From positions 128,001 through 192,000 of the forward strand of contig JAXCHI010000004.1 of the NCBI GenBank assembly GCA_033977065.1: a stretch of DNA of 64,000 nucleotides, written 5' to 3'. Position numbers and translations under genes: made by a program. Below are positions 50,460 through 59,441 of this stretch, in pieces. Under the pieces are notes generated by a model, which saw nothing but the letters and a program-made list of their open reading frames with translations, searched no databases and was not told where the DNA came from. The first letter of the stretch is position 1. The number at the start of each line of letters is the position of its first letter. The DNA is from Candidatus Algichlamydia australiensis (GTDB lineage: Bacteria; Chlamydiota; Chlamydiia; Chlamydiales; JAJFMI01).

Positions 50460-51560
50460 ATGGGAAGCTGGCCAAATTTACTAAAATTTTTTGTTTCGAA
50501 GATTGGGTTACCTGTAGTTGCAGTCTATCATGTCATTATTAGTAGCGTTTTTTTAAATGTTGCGGCAGTAGATGCGAACTGGCTTGAGCGAGCAGGAAAC
50601 GAACTTCTCGCCCCATCCCAATATCTCTTTGTTGGGAAAGTCGCTCTGCCGCAAACAGATGGCACCTACCTCATCGAGCAACGCTTTAGTTATGACGACC
50701 AGTTTATGCAAAAAAGTGTTGGTGCGGCTATCATCCTCCCCGTCTCATGGGTAGTTGGGGCGTCACTAAAATCTTTAGCCTATCTCGATCCAAAAGCGCG
50801 TGCGCGCCACCATGAAATTGTACACGCCTATCACTACGCAAAAACAAAACACAATCTTGTCCACTATCGCTCCCTTGGAATGAAAGTGGGGAAAAAACCG
50901 AAAAAAGTACAGCTTACAGGTCCGCACTTTCAAAGGCGGCCAGGAGATGAAAAAAATCTCTCTGTAGAAAAGCAGGCCTTAGCACAAATCGCATCGATCT
51001 TAACAGCAGAAGGAATTCCTTTTTGGATAGACCGCGGCACATGCCTTGGCGCAATGCGCTATCAAGGCGTTGTCCCATGGGATTACGATATTGATATTGG
51101 GGTTATTGCAAATGATTTTCAAAATGTCTATTGCGCACTAAAAAAATTAGATCCGAAAAAATACCAAGTGCAAGACTGGTCCTCAAGAAGACAAGACGCG
51201 CCATTTTTAAAAGTCTATGTGAAAGAGTCTGGTGCACTGATCGATATTTTCCACTATAGAATTAATAAAGCGGATAAGACATTGCAAGTCATTGTTGCCA
51301 ATAATGATAGCCTCTTTCTTTCTGACGGCTGGCGCGCTTACGAAGCGCGCTATGAAAAACCGATTCCCTTCTCAACAATTTTCCCCTTAAAAGTGGCAGA
51401 GTTTGATGGGCTTTGGTTGCCCGTACCGCATAAAACTAAAGAGTTTCTCACCACTTTTTATGGTGACATAGACAGGCCAGTGCGCTACTATTCTGAAGAG
51501 ACGGATGCATATGAAAAAGATTTAGAGCATCCCTACTGGCAAGAAGTCAATGTTTATTAA
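50460..51560 (+). CDS. licD: LicD family phosphotransferase
   Basis: GTCLGAMRYQGVVPWDYDIDIG, IDIF; start at MGSW because the upstream ORF extension is MITE sequence. Confidence 0.85.
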   Translation: MGSWPNLLKFFVSKIGLPVVAVYHVIISSVFLNVAAVDANWLERAGNELLAPSQYLFVGKVALPQTDGTYLIEQRFSYDDQFMQKSVGAAIILPVSWVVGASLKSLAYLDPKARARHHEIVHAYHYAKTKHNLVHYRSLGMKVGKKPKKVQLTGPHFQRRPGDEKNLSVEKQALAQIASILTAEGIPFWIDRGTCLGAMRYQGVVPWDYDIDIGVIANDFQNVYCALKKLDPKKYQVQDWSSRRQDAPFLKVYVKESGALIDIFHYRINKADKTLQVIVANNDSLFLSDGWRAYEARYEKPIPFSTIFPLKVAEFDGLWLPVPHKTKEFLTTFYGDIDRPVRYYSEETDAYEKDLEHPYWQEVNVY

Positions 51561-51721
51561 GGAAAGAGTGAACAACTGCTCTTTTCGAGAGGAGTGCAAA
51601 AATTGAGATCAAATTGGTTTTGGAGAACGAAGCTAACTTGTTTAAAGTTAGCGAGTGCGAAAAATCGATTTGGACCAATTTTTGGTCGCCTATCGAAAAG
51701 TCTGAGTTGTTCAGTCTTTCC
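51561..51721 (-). mobile_element. 161-bp MITE-like element, family A, copy 3 (inverted)
   Basis: GGAAAGAGTGAACAAC ... GTTGTTCAGTCTTTCC; reverse complement aligns with copy 1; flanks TAA/GAA. Confidence 0.85.
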
Positions 51722-52193
51722 GAAGAAAGCAGCAATTTTTATCTTTTTTGTTCTTGTGGTCTACGGCATCGGTGCGCTTGGATCCTATATGACCGATCTT
51801 ACGGTAATGAATTGGTACCAGAGCCTTAATCGCCCCGATTGGACGCCACCTGATTGGCTTTTTGGACCCGTCTGGATGCTGCTCTATTTTGTTATCGCAC
51901 TTGTTGGCTTTCTTCTCTGGAAAAATCGCCGCGCCATCGATAGCAATGCGCTCTTTGGTCTCTATTGGGCGGGACTCATTTTCAACGGACTTTGGACCTT
52001 TCTCTTCTTTGCTCTGAAACAACCACTAGCTGCAGCAATTGACATCCTCTTTATCTGGCTTTTTGTCTTACTCTTTATGTGCAAAGCTTGGAGATATAAA
52101 AAAGTATTGACTTGGCTTTTTCTTCCCTACTTTCTTTGGATTACCTACGCTGCAGCAATCAACTGGGCGATTGTCTACTTGAATCCTAAATAA
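51594..52193 (+). CDS. tspO: TspO/MBR family protein; native start displaced by a MITE
   Basis: WYQSLNRPDWTPPDWLFGPVW, LPY.LW..YA..IN. Confidence 0.85.
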   Translation: MQKLRSNWFWRTKLTCLKLASAKNRFGPIFGRLSKSLSCSVFPKKAAIFIFFVLVVYGIGALGSYMTDLTVMNWYQSLNRPDWTPPDWLFGPVWMLLYFVIALVGFLLWKNRRAIDSNALFGLYWAGLIFNGLWTFLFFALKQPLAAAIDILFIWLFVLLFMCKAWRYKKVLTWLFLPYFLWITYAAAINWAIVYLNPK

Positions 52194-52234
52194 ACTATCC
52201 AGCATAATTCTTCTCTTACGAAAAAGGAGAAGAG

Positions 52235-52549
52235 ATGTCTTTAGCAGTAGTAAAAGGGAGAATGAGTCAAAGAGAAATTGAACAAGTGAGCCTGATGTGT
52301 GAAGGTGCGTTCCAAACGGTGATAGGCTGTATGTCTCGATTCTCTCTAGGAGTCGATCTACAAGTTCCTTATAAGGAGAAGTTGCAATTCATTGAAAAAG
52401 TCGCACATTTTATAGTGTCGAAAAATCAAGAAGATGAGACTGGAAAAGTTTCCTTAAATTTCAGAATTGGAAACCAAGTTTTAAATTTTAATTTTAATTT
52501 TATAAAAGGTCAATTGCAGCTGAATTCAACGAAAAGACTTGCTCTTTAG
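52235..52549 (+). CDS. Hypothetical protein
   Basis: AAGGAG RBS, 104-aa ORF. Confidence 0.55.
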   Translation: MSLAVVKGRMSQREIEQVSLMCEGAFQTVIGCMSRFSLGVDLQVPYKEKLQFIEKVAHFIVSKNQEDETGKVSLNFRIGNQVLNFNFNFIKGQLQLNSTKRLAL

Positions 52550-52589
52550 CTGTTATTAGGGTAAAATAATTTAAACCTTGTGGGAGGAG

Positions 52590-54086
52590 ATGGCATCCGA
52601 TAACGAACCCCAGTTTGGAAAATGGCGTCAGAGACTCTGGCCCATCCATCGATTTGAGCTGAAAAAGTTTCTTCCGCTCTTAATATTAAAATTTTTAGTC
52701 TCCTTCAATTATGTTCTTCTCTACAACACCAAAGATACTCTTGTTGTAACAGGGGAGCACTCCGGCGCTGAAGTGATCTCCATCCTAAAGGGATGGTTTG
52801 TTCTTCCTTGCGCCTTTCTTGTCCTCCTGCTCTATACAAAATTGAGCAATAAACTCTCAGTTCAAAAATTAATTTACGCATTTTTAACACCATTTCTTGT
52901 TTTCTTCTTTGTATTTGGTTTTATCCTCTTCCCAAATAAAGAATTTTTTACACCCTATGCGCTTACAGAGAAGCTTTTCGCCTTTGTGGGGCAGGGACAT
53001 ACCCATTGGATTGCTCCGATTCACAACTGGATGAACTCGATTTTCTACGTCGTAGCAGAGCTTTGGGGGCAGGTAGTCATCATGCTTCTCTTTTGGACCT
53101 ATGCCAATAATATTACTCGGATGAAAGAGGCAAAGCGCTACTATACCCTTTTCACAGCAGCAGGCGATTTTGGCCCGATGATTGGAGGGGCGCTAGTTGC
53201 CTGGATTGCTGCCTCGCAGAGCAAAGGAAATTTTGTAGCTACTGTGCAGCAAGTCTCTACAATGGCAATTCTGGTTGGTTTCTTAATCATGGGAGTCTTT
53301 TGGTGGATGGGGCGCTATGTGATGACAGATCCGCGCTTTGTCGATCAGGAAGAGAGAAAAGAGAAGAAGCAAAAGCCAAAACTCTCTCTTGCAAAAAGCT
53401 TTAAGTACATCCTTTCATCAAAGTATCTACTCTGCTTAGCTGCCATGGTTATTGGTTACGGTTTAGCCATGAACTTAGTTGAGATTGCGTTTAAGGCGCA
53501 TCTAAAACAGCTCTATCCAGTTGCCAATGACTATCAAAACTTTAGTGGAAAGTTGATGTTTTACACGGGACTTGTGCCCTTTTTTGTGGCGCTTTTTGCG
53601 GGAGGAAATATTCTGCGTGTATTCGGCTGGACCAAAACTGCCATGATTACCCCAGTTGTTGTGGGAGGATGCGGAGTGCTTTTTCTTCTCGTGTCGATGT
53701 CTATAGGAAGAATGGAGGGACTCTCTGCTATTTTAGGCGTAACACCTCTTGTGCTCGTCGTGGGAATCGGAGCGTTTCAGAGTGTGATGGCCAAGACAAT
53801 GAAGTACTCACTTTTTGACCCAACAAAAGAGATGGCGTTTATCCCTCTTGATCCGGAAGCTAAAATCAAAGGGAAAGCAGCAATTGATGTTGTTGGTTCG
53901 CGTCTTGGAAAGTCAGGATCGTCTTGGCTGCAAGCAGGCCTGCTGGATACCATTGCAGGCGGATCGATTCTCAACGTCACCTGGTTTTTAGCACCAGTTG
54001 TGACTCTGGTTGTCTTTGGGTGGTTAATGGCCATCCGCAAAATTAGCCCAGAATTTACAAAAGTTGCGGAGGAAGCGCGTGGATAA
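52590..54086 (+). CDS. Npt1/Tlc family nucleotide (ATP/ADP) transporter
   Basis: LWPIH..ELKKFLP, KDTLVVT, FYV.AELWG, KYSLFDPTKEMAFIPLD...K.KGKAAIDVVGSRLGKSG; GGAGG RBS. Confidence 0.95.
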   Translation: MASDNEPQFGKWRQRLWPIHRFELKKFLPLLILKFLVSFNYVLLYNTKDTLVVTGEHSGAEVISILKGWFVLPCAFLVLLLYTKLSNKLSVQKLIYAFLTPFLVFFFVFGFILFPNKEFFTPYALTEKLFAFVGQGHTHWIAPIHNWMNSIFYVVAELWGQVVIMLLFWTYANNITRMKEAKRYYTLFTAAGDFGPMIGGALVAWIAASQSKGNFVATVQQVSTMAILVGFLIMGVFWWMGRYVMTDPRFVDQEERKEKKQKPKLSLAKSFKYILSSKYLLCLAAMVIGYGLAMNLVEIAFKAHLKQLYPVANDYQNFSGKLMFYTGLVPFFVALFAGGNILRVFGWTKTAMITPVVVGGCGVLFLLVSMSIGRMEGLSAILGVTPLVLVVGIGAFQSVMAKTMKYSLFDPTKEMAFIPLDPEAKIKGKAAIDVVGSRLGKSGSSWLQAGLLDTIAGGSILNVTWFLAPVVTLVVFGWLMAIRKISPEFTKVAEEARG

Positions 54087-55137
54087 TTTAGAAAATTGCC
54101 TTTGGGGATTTGGGTGGCTGATTGCAATTGCTGCGATCTTTTGTGGAACCTTTGTCTTTCACATCATCTACTCATCGCTCTACCGTAAATTTTATAATCG
54201 TGCGAAGAAAAAAGACAAAATTTGGGAGAGTGCCTTTTTGCGCGCGATGTACACCCCAGTAAAAGTTTTAGTCTGGCTTGTTGCCATTAGTTATTCAGCC
54301 GATATTGCGATCTCCCATTTTCAAACCGATGCGCTAAAGGAGGTGGCAAAAGCCTTCCGGATGCTGGGAGTTACCTTTAGCTTCATCTGGTTCTTGATTC
54401 GCTTTATCAAAGGTGTAGAGCAAAACCTCTCTAAGCCAAAGAGCTCTGGGCAGAAGATGGACGCCACAACTGTGCGTGCAATCGGGCAACTGCTACGAAT
54501 TGCCACTTTTGTGACGGGAATACTCATTATTTTACCGACGCTCGGAATCCCTATTTCGGGGATTGTGGCTTTTGGTGGAGTTGGAGGTATCGCCGTCGGT
54601 TTTGCCTCCAAGGATCTGCTAGCTAACTTTTTTGGCTGTCTGATGGTCTTTCTCGATCGTCCTTTTGCGATAGGGGATTGGATTCGCATCCCGGAGAAAG
54701 ATATTCAGGGAACCGTTGAACATATAGGCTGGCGTACAACCCGTATTCGCTCCTTTGAGAGACGTCCACTCTTTGTTCCAAATTCTCTTTTTACAACGGC
54801 CTCCATCGAAAACCCCTCCCGAATGAGCAACCGCCGTATCAAAACAGATATTGGGGTTCGCTACGGCGATGCAACAAAAGTGCGCAAGATCGTGGAAGAT
54901 ATTGAAAAAATGATCCAGACTCATGAAGATATCGACCAAGGTAAAACGATCATGGTCCACTTTGTGAATTTTGGGCCCTCATCACTCGACCTCAACATCT
55001 ACTGCTTTACGAAAACAGTAATTTGGGGAGAGTACCGCGCTGTCCAGCAAGATGTCTTCTTAAAATGTATAGACATTATCACAGCCAACGGCGCTAGTTG
55101 TGCCTTTCCTACGACAACTGTGCATCTTCATCAATAA
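54079..55137 (+). CDS. MscS mechanosensitive channel
   Basis: GGIAVGFASKDLLANFFG, DRPF.IGDWI, GTVEHIGWRTTRIR, VPNS. Confidence 0.93.
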   Translation: MDNLENCLWGFGWLIAIAAIFCGTFVFHIIYSSLYRKFYNRAKKKDKIWESAFLRAMYTPVKVLVWLVAISYSADIAISHFQTDALKEVAKAFRMLGVTFSFIWFLIRFIKGVEQNLSKPKSSGQKMDATTVRAIGQLLRIATFVTGILIILPTLGIPISGIVAFGGVGGIAVGFASKDLLANFFGCLMVFLDRPFAIGDWIRIPEKDIQGTVEHIGWRTTRIRSFERRPLFVPNSLFTTASIENPSRMSNRRIKTDIGVRYGDATKVRKIVEDIEKMIQTHEDIDQGKTIMVHFVNFGPSSLDLNIYCFTKTVIWGEYRAVQQDVFLKCIDIITANGASCAFPTTTVHLHQ

Positions 55138-56552
55138 CCAGCCAGCTTCTTGGCCATTTTGCGAAAAATAATGAGATGGAAAGGGAACATGGCCCACCAG
55201 TAGAGACGACCCCAAACACCTTTCGGGCGATAGGTTGCTTCCTGAGTGAGCTGACCACCTTTTTGGATGCGCCACTCTAGCCACGCCTCGCCAGGAAGTT
55301 TCATCTCAGCATAGAGAAGCAATCTTTTATTCGGTTTGTCTGCTAAAATGACCCGCCAAAAATCCAAAGTATCTCCGCAGCGCAAGTCCTTCGGATCGCG
55401 CCTGCCGCGCCGCATCCCAACACCTCCAAAGATCTTATCGATTTTTCCTCGAATGGCCCAGAGGTAGTTTACACCATACCAGCCTTGCTTCCCTCCAATC
55501 GACCAAATTCTATCGAGAGTACTCTCTTCAGAATCTTTTATAGAAACTGTCTGTTTGTCTTTTAAACAGCCGTGGTGAGGGGGGTAGACATAGTGGCTAA
55601 GATCGGTTGAGAGCGAACTAAAGACAAAACTATCTTTCCAGCTAGAGATCACACCACTCTCTTCAATTTTAGAAAAGGCGCGCTGCAGTGCCTCCTCATA
55701 CGTAAGGCATTTATGAGGAAGAATACGATCTACCGCGTCATCTTTTTTAATCGCCTCGTTCTTCACTCCCTCTATGAGTGAGCGGGAGAGTGCAAAATTT
55801 ACCGAAGTTACAAAAAAGAGCCAAAGAGCCGAGAGGTGGGGAGTCAAAATAGGAATAGGAATAATAAAACGTTGAAGATTACGAGCTTTGGCATAGCGCT
55901 TCATCACATCTTTGTAAGTCATGACTTCGGGTCCGCCAATTTCAAAAGTCTGCCCAGCACACCCTTTATTCCCAAGACTTTGTGTGAGATAGTACAAAAC
56001 ATCATGAATAGCAATCGGCTGGCAGCGGCAGCGAATCCATTTGGGTGCAACCATTACCGGGAGTTTTTCTGTAAGATCGCGAATGATTTCAAAAGAGGCG
56101 CTTCCGCTACCAATAATGATTCCGGAGCGAAATGTTGTAAGAGGGATTTTTCCCCTCTGTAAAATTTCCTCTACTAGTCGACGAGAACTCAGATGCTTTG
56201 AGAGAGATTTGTCATTTGCAATTCCACTCAAGTAGATGACCTGTTTTGCATCTGTCTTTTCAATCGCATTTAAGAAATTCAGAGCTGCCTTAGAATCAAG
56301 CTGCTCAAAACTTGACTTTGACGAAGTCATAGAGTGAACGAGATAGTAAGCAGCGTCGAGATCTTTTGGAAAGTCCAAAGTCTCAGGCTCGAGAAGATCT
56401 CCCTTAATGACTTTTGCATTTCCCACATCTCCTAGACGTTCAGGGGAGCGTGCAAGACAGATAACCTCATGGCCTTCCGCAGTTAACTTCGGTAGTAGTC
56501 TTCTAGCAATATATCCCGTGGAACCTGTAAGCAGTACTTTCATTGCGGTCAT
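55131..56552 (-). CDS. YbjT-like NAD(P)-binding SDR with DUF2867 domain
   Basis: TGSTGYIA, YYLVHSM, GSGSASFE, AEMKLPGEAWL, YRPKG.WG.LYW...PFH..IF. Confidence 0.9.
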   Translation of the reverse strand: MTAMKVLLTGSTGYIARRLLPKLTAEGHEVICLARSPERLGDVGNAKVIKGDLLEPETLDFPKDLDAAYYLVHSMTSSKSSFEQLDSKAALNFLNAIEKTDAKQVIYLSGIANDKSLSKHLSSRRLVEEILQRGKIPLTTFRSGIIIGSGSASFEIIRDLTEKLPVMVAPKWIRCRCQPIAIHDVLYYLTQSLGNKGCAGQTFEIGGPEVMTYKDVMKRYAKARNLQRFIIPIPILTPHLSALWLFFVTSVNFALSRSLIEGVKNEAIKKDDAVDRILPHKCLTYEEALQRAFSKIEESGVISSWKDSFVFSSLSTDLSHYVYPPHHGCLKDKQTVSIKDSEESTLDRIWSIGGKQGWYGVNYLWAIRGKIDKIFGGVGMRRGRRDPKDLRCGDTLDFWRVILADKPNKRLLLYAEMKLPGEAWLEWRIQKGGQLTQEATYRPKGVWGRLYWWAMFPFHLIIFRKMAKKLAGY

Positions 56553-56694
56553 GATGAATGAAGATTAAAATAACAGCAACGAAAAAAAAATTGTTTTCTG
56601 TAGAAACATAAGCTCCATAGCCATATCAAAACGCCCCATCGCTGAAGGGATGCCCGACGCCTAAAAAAATGTTGACCTTGTTCTCAAAGGTTGA

Positions 56695-56740
56695 AATATA
56701 CCAACTTTATTGGTTATATAACCAATAAAGTTGGTATATT
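56695..56740. promoter_or_regulatory. Perfect 46-bp palindrome (double operator) abutting the wHTH start codon
   Basis: AATATACCAACTTTATTGGTTATATAACCAATAAAGTTGGTATATT equals its own reverse complement; ATG follows at 56741. Confidence 0.85.
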
Positions 56741-57088
56741 ATGCTCGAAGCAATTTTTGGAAAGGCAATCTATGAAAAAATTCTGTTTTATCTCATTGCC
56801 AATGAAAAAGCGTATCCATTGCAATTAAAAACCGCATTGGATCTTCATCTATATAGTGTGCAAAAAGCACTGGATCGCTTGGAGTATGGGGGAATTCTTG
56901 TACATCAGAAAACAGGCAAAACTCTTGTATATCAATTCAATCCTAGATATTTTTTTCTCAAAGAGTTGAAACAACTTTTAAAAAAAGCCTATTCTGCGAT
57001 ACCGAAAGAGCAGGTAAAAAAGTATTATCAGCCGCAAGTTCGTAAGCGACCAAGAAGACGTGGCAAACCCCCAATGCGCGATGAGTAA
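56741..57088 (+). CDS. Winged-HTH (ArsR-like) regulator
   Basis: MLE.IFG....KIL.YL ... VQKALDRLE..GIL ... YQFNPRY ... RKRPRRRGKP. Confidence 0.8.
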   Translation: MLEAIFGKAIYEKILFYLIANEKAYPLQLKTALDLHLYSVQKALDRLEYGGILVHQKTGKTLVYQFNPRYFFLKELKQLLKKAYSAIPKEQVKKYYQPQVRKRPRRRGKPPMRDE

Positions 57089-57090
57089 AA

Positions 57091-57207
57091 TAGACCTTTC
57101 AAATATATCTCTCAAAAATTTTGCCGGATATATTTCGTAAAAATTGGCCAAAATGAGGGAAAAAGACAAAAACCTGTTTATCCGGATAGGTTCCAAGAAG
57201 TGGTCTA
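57091..57207. repeat. Possible degenerate palindromic element
   Basis: Begins TAGACC and ends GGTCTA; contains AAAATTGGCCAAAAT also seen in family-A copy 2. Confidence 0.35.
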
Positions 57208-57321
57208 AAAATGAAAATAAATCAAAAGAATACAACCTGTTTATTTGTAGGTTTGATAAATTAAGAGAAAATTAATTATAGTTTGTTTAATTAAATAGCA
57301 GGTTTATTTATATAAAACAGT

Positions 57322-58221
57322 ATGCATAAAGATCACATGGGCCTTGCAATTACCTATTCGCTTCTTGCTGCCTTTTTCTATACACTTATGGGAGTGCTTG
57401 TAAAAATTAGCGAGCAGACCCTTCCCAATGAAGTTGTAGTCTTCTTTCGACAACTCTTTTCTCTACTGCTTTTCGCACCCATCTTTTTTATCAAGATGAA
57501 CGTAGGTAGAAGAAAATCCTATAGAACTAACCGATTTCCTCTCTATCTCATTCGCGCCTTTTCAAGTATTGCAGCTTCATACTGTCTCTTTTATGCGATT
57601 TCAAAGTTGCCTCTTGTTGATGCGGTCTTGCTTAGCTACACGCGTCCACTTTTTTTACCTATAGTTGCCTACCTTTGGCGTGGCAAACGCTGGTCTAAAA
57701 ATGTCTGGTTTGGTTTGTTGATCGGATTTTTAGGCGTTATCTTGATTTTAAAACCTGCTGGGCGAGTCTTTGATATCGCCACACTCGTTGGTTTAGCAGC
57801 AGGTCTATTTGGTGCAATTGCCTTTATCACAATTCGCCGCATGACCAAAACAGAATCCTCGGAAAAAATTCTCTTTTACTACCTGCTCCTCTCGATGCCC
57901 ATCACAGCACTCCCCATGGTTGGTGTCTGGACCAAACTCAACATGCAACAAGTTTGGATGATGCTCGCCATCGGTCTTGTTGCAATGCTCTACCAGCTAA
58001 TGATGACAAAAGCCTACCAGCGGGGCAAAGCGTATAAAGTCGCATCGCTCCTCTATTCTACCGTGATCTTTGCTGCTCTCTTTGACTGGTACATGGGCAG
58101 AAAGTTTCTCGACTATGTCTCGTGTATCGGAATTCTCCTGATCCTCATCGGTTCTGTCTTCTCCCTTGTGAAGATGTCTAAGGAGAAGAAGGCTTCTGCT
58201 GATTTTCTCGATAAAAGCTAG
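57322..58221 (+). CDS. EamA/DMT family transporter
   Basis: VVFFR, LPLVDAVLLSYTRPLF, GFLGVILILKP, QLMMTKAY; 10 TM. Confidence 0.92.
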   Translation: MHKDHMGLAITYSLLAAFFYTLMGVLVKISEQTLPNEVVVFFRQLFSLLLFAPIFFIKMNVGRRKSYRTNRFPLYLIRAFSSIAASYCLFYAISKLPLVDAVLLSYTRPLFLPIVAYLWRGKRWSKNVWFGLLIGFLGVILILKPAGRVFDIATLVGLAAGLFGAIAFITIRRMTKTESSEKILFYYLLLSMPITALPMVGVWTKLNMQQVWMMLAIGLVAMLYQLMMTKAYQRGKAYKVASLLYSTVIFAALFDWYMGRKFLDYVSCIGILLILIGSVFSLVKMSKEKKASADFLDKS

Positions 58222-58346
58222 GCAATAGTAATCTGTAACAGAAAATGGTATTGTCAAAAGGGCAGACAGTCAGATTGTAATTGCTCAAATCTATTTGACA
58301 ATTACTTTTGACTCTGTATTATTTTTTACTAAGCGGGTGGTTGAAG

Positions 58347-58841
58347 ATGAACGAATTAAGAAAATATACTGAAATGCAGAATCCTTGCGTTGCTAATTGT
58401 GGCCATACATATGAAGATGAAAAACTCAACGAGTTAATTGAACAGGGTAAAGACTGTAGCTTTTGTGGAGTGCCTCTTCAGACCAGCACGCCCAATCTTG
58501 CTTTGATAGAGATAGTAAAGCATCAAGAAAACCAGGAGCTGTATGAGGACCCTGATGAACTTTATAGATCGGTTGAAGAAGTGCGCAGATGTGTTAATTT
58601 TATTTTGGAAACTCAGCACTTTTTTGCTATTAATAGAAATGAAATCATTAGGAATAAAAGAATCCATAGCGAAAGATATGTAGAATTTAAAAGTGACTCT
58701 GGAATTTTTAGAAGTTATCCAGATCTACAGCTTGATACCTGGATAAAAAACACTATAGTAAAAAGAGAAGAGAATAAAAAAGAGTCAGAAGATGTATTAG
58801 CACCTATAAATGCCCAATATGGGTGTTGTATTATCCAGTAG
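58347..58841 (+). CDS. U-box/RING-like protein with C-terminal CaaX box, candidate effector
   Basis: MQNPCVANCGHTYE...CSFCGVPL....PNLAL; ends YGCCIIQ*. Confidence 0.75.
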   Translation: MNELRKYTEMQNPCVANCGHTYEDEKLNELIEQGKDCSFCGVPLQTSTPNLALIEIVKHQENQELYEDPDELYRSVEEVRRCVNFILETQHFFAINRNEIIRNKRIHSERYVEFKSDSGIFRSYPDLQLDTWIKNTIVKREENKKESEDVLAPINAQYGCCIIQ

Positions 58842-58866
58842 TTGTCTGATTTTATCACGTCTCCCA

Positions 58867-58983
58867 AAATTATTTTATTCTAAGATTGCTAATCTCTGGC
58901 TTATTATAAATAACTTGGATGACTCTTTTGAGGCAATACAACGAGTTCTTCATTCGTTAATAAGAACAAAGTCAATAATTTAA
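58867..58983 (+). pseudogene. Decayed 3' remnant of an ankyrin gene allele
   Basis: KLFYSKIANLWLIINNLDDSFEAIQRVLHSLIRTKSII* aligns without gaps to RLLHSCGANSTLVMNDLESFSDTTQQVLHSLTKTKRAF* of 59442-62126. Confidence 0.8.
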
Positions 58984-59058
58984 AAAATCACTAGTTTTGG
59001 CTGCGCTCGGCTTCTGTTGCTTCGATCGTGGAGCGGAGCTCTTGGAAGTTGGCGATCA
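58981..59058 (-). pseudogene. 78-bp duplicate of the ndh 3' end
   Basis: Matches 62124-62201 with 2 synonymous differences. Confidence 0.92.
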
Positions 59059-59375
59059 CAGCACTCCCCATGGTTGGTGTCTGGACCACACTCAACATGC
59101 AACAAATTTGGATAATGCTTGCCATCGGTCTTGTTGCTATGCTCTATCAGCTAATGATGACCAAAGCCTACCAGCGCGGAAAGGCTTACAAAGTTGCTTC
59201 ACTTCTCTACTCAACTGTCATCTTTGCTGCTCTCTTTGACTGGTACATGGGCAGAAAGTTTCTCGACTATGTCTCGTGTATCGGAATTCTCCTGATCCTC
59301 ATTGGCTCTGTCTTCTCTCTCGTGAAGATGTCCAAAGAGAAGAAGGCTTCTGCCGAATTCCTCGATAAGCATTAA
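59055..59375 (+). pseudogene. Duplicate of the EamA gene 3' third (diverged allele)
   Basis: Aligns to 57901-58221, with mostly synonymous differences; lacks the 5' two-thirds. Confidence 0.93.
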
Positions 59376-59441
59376 GAATAAATTGATCAAAATGTCCTTT
59401 TGTTATATCATTTGTCCTGAGAAAAATCTTAATTTCTAATT

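Noticed and set aside
56628..56670. GC-rich hairpin upstream of the YbjT-like gene as a riboswitch
   Set aside because: Short and imperfect, with no match to a riboswitch consensus I can recognise
59028..59375. 115-aa ORF as a standalone small transporter
   Set aside because: Its GTG start lies in the antisense ndh fragment and the rest is the duplicated EamA 3' end; treated as a scar, though translation cannot be excluded
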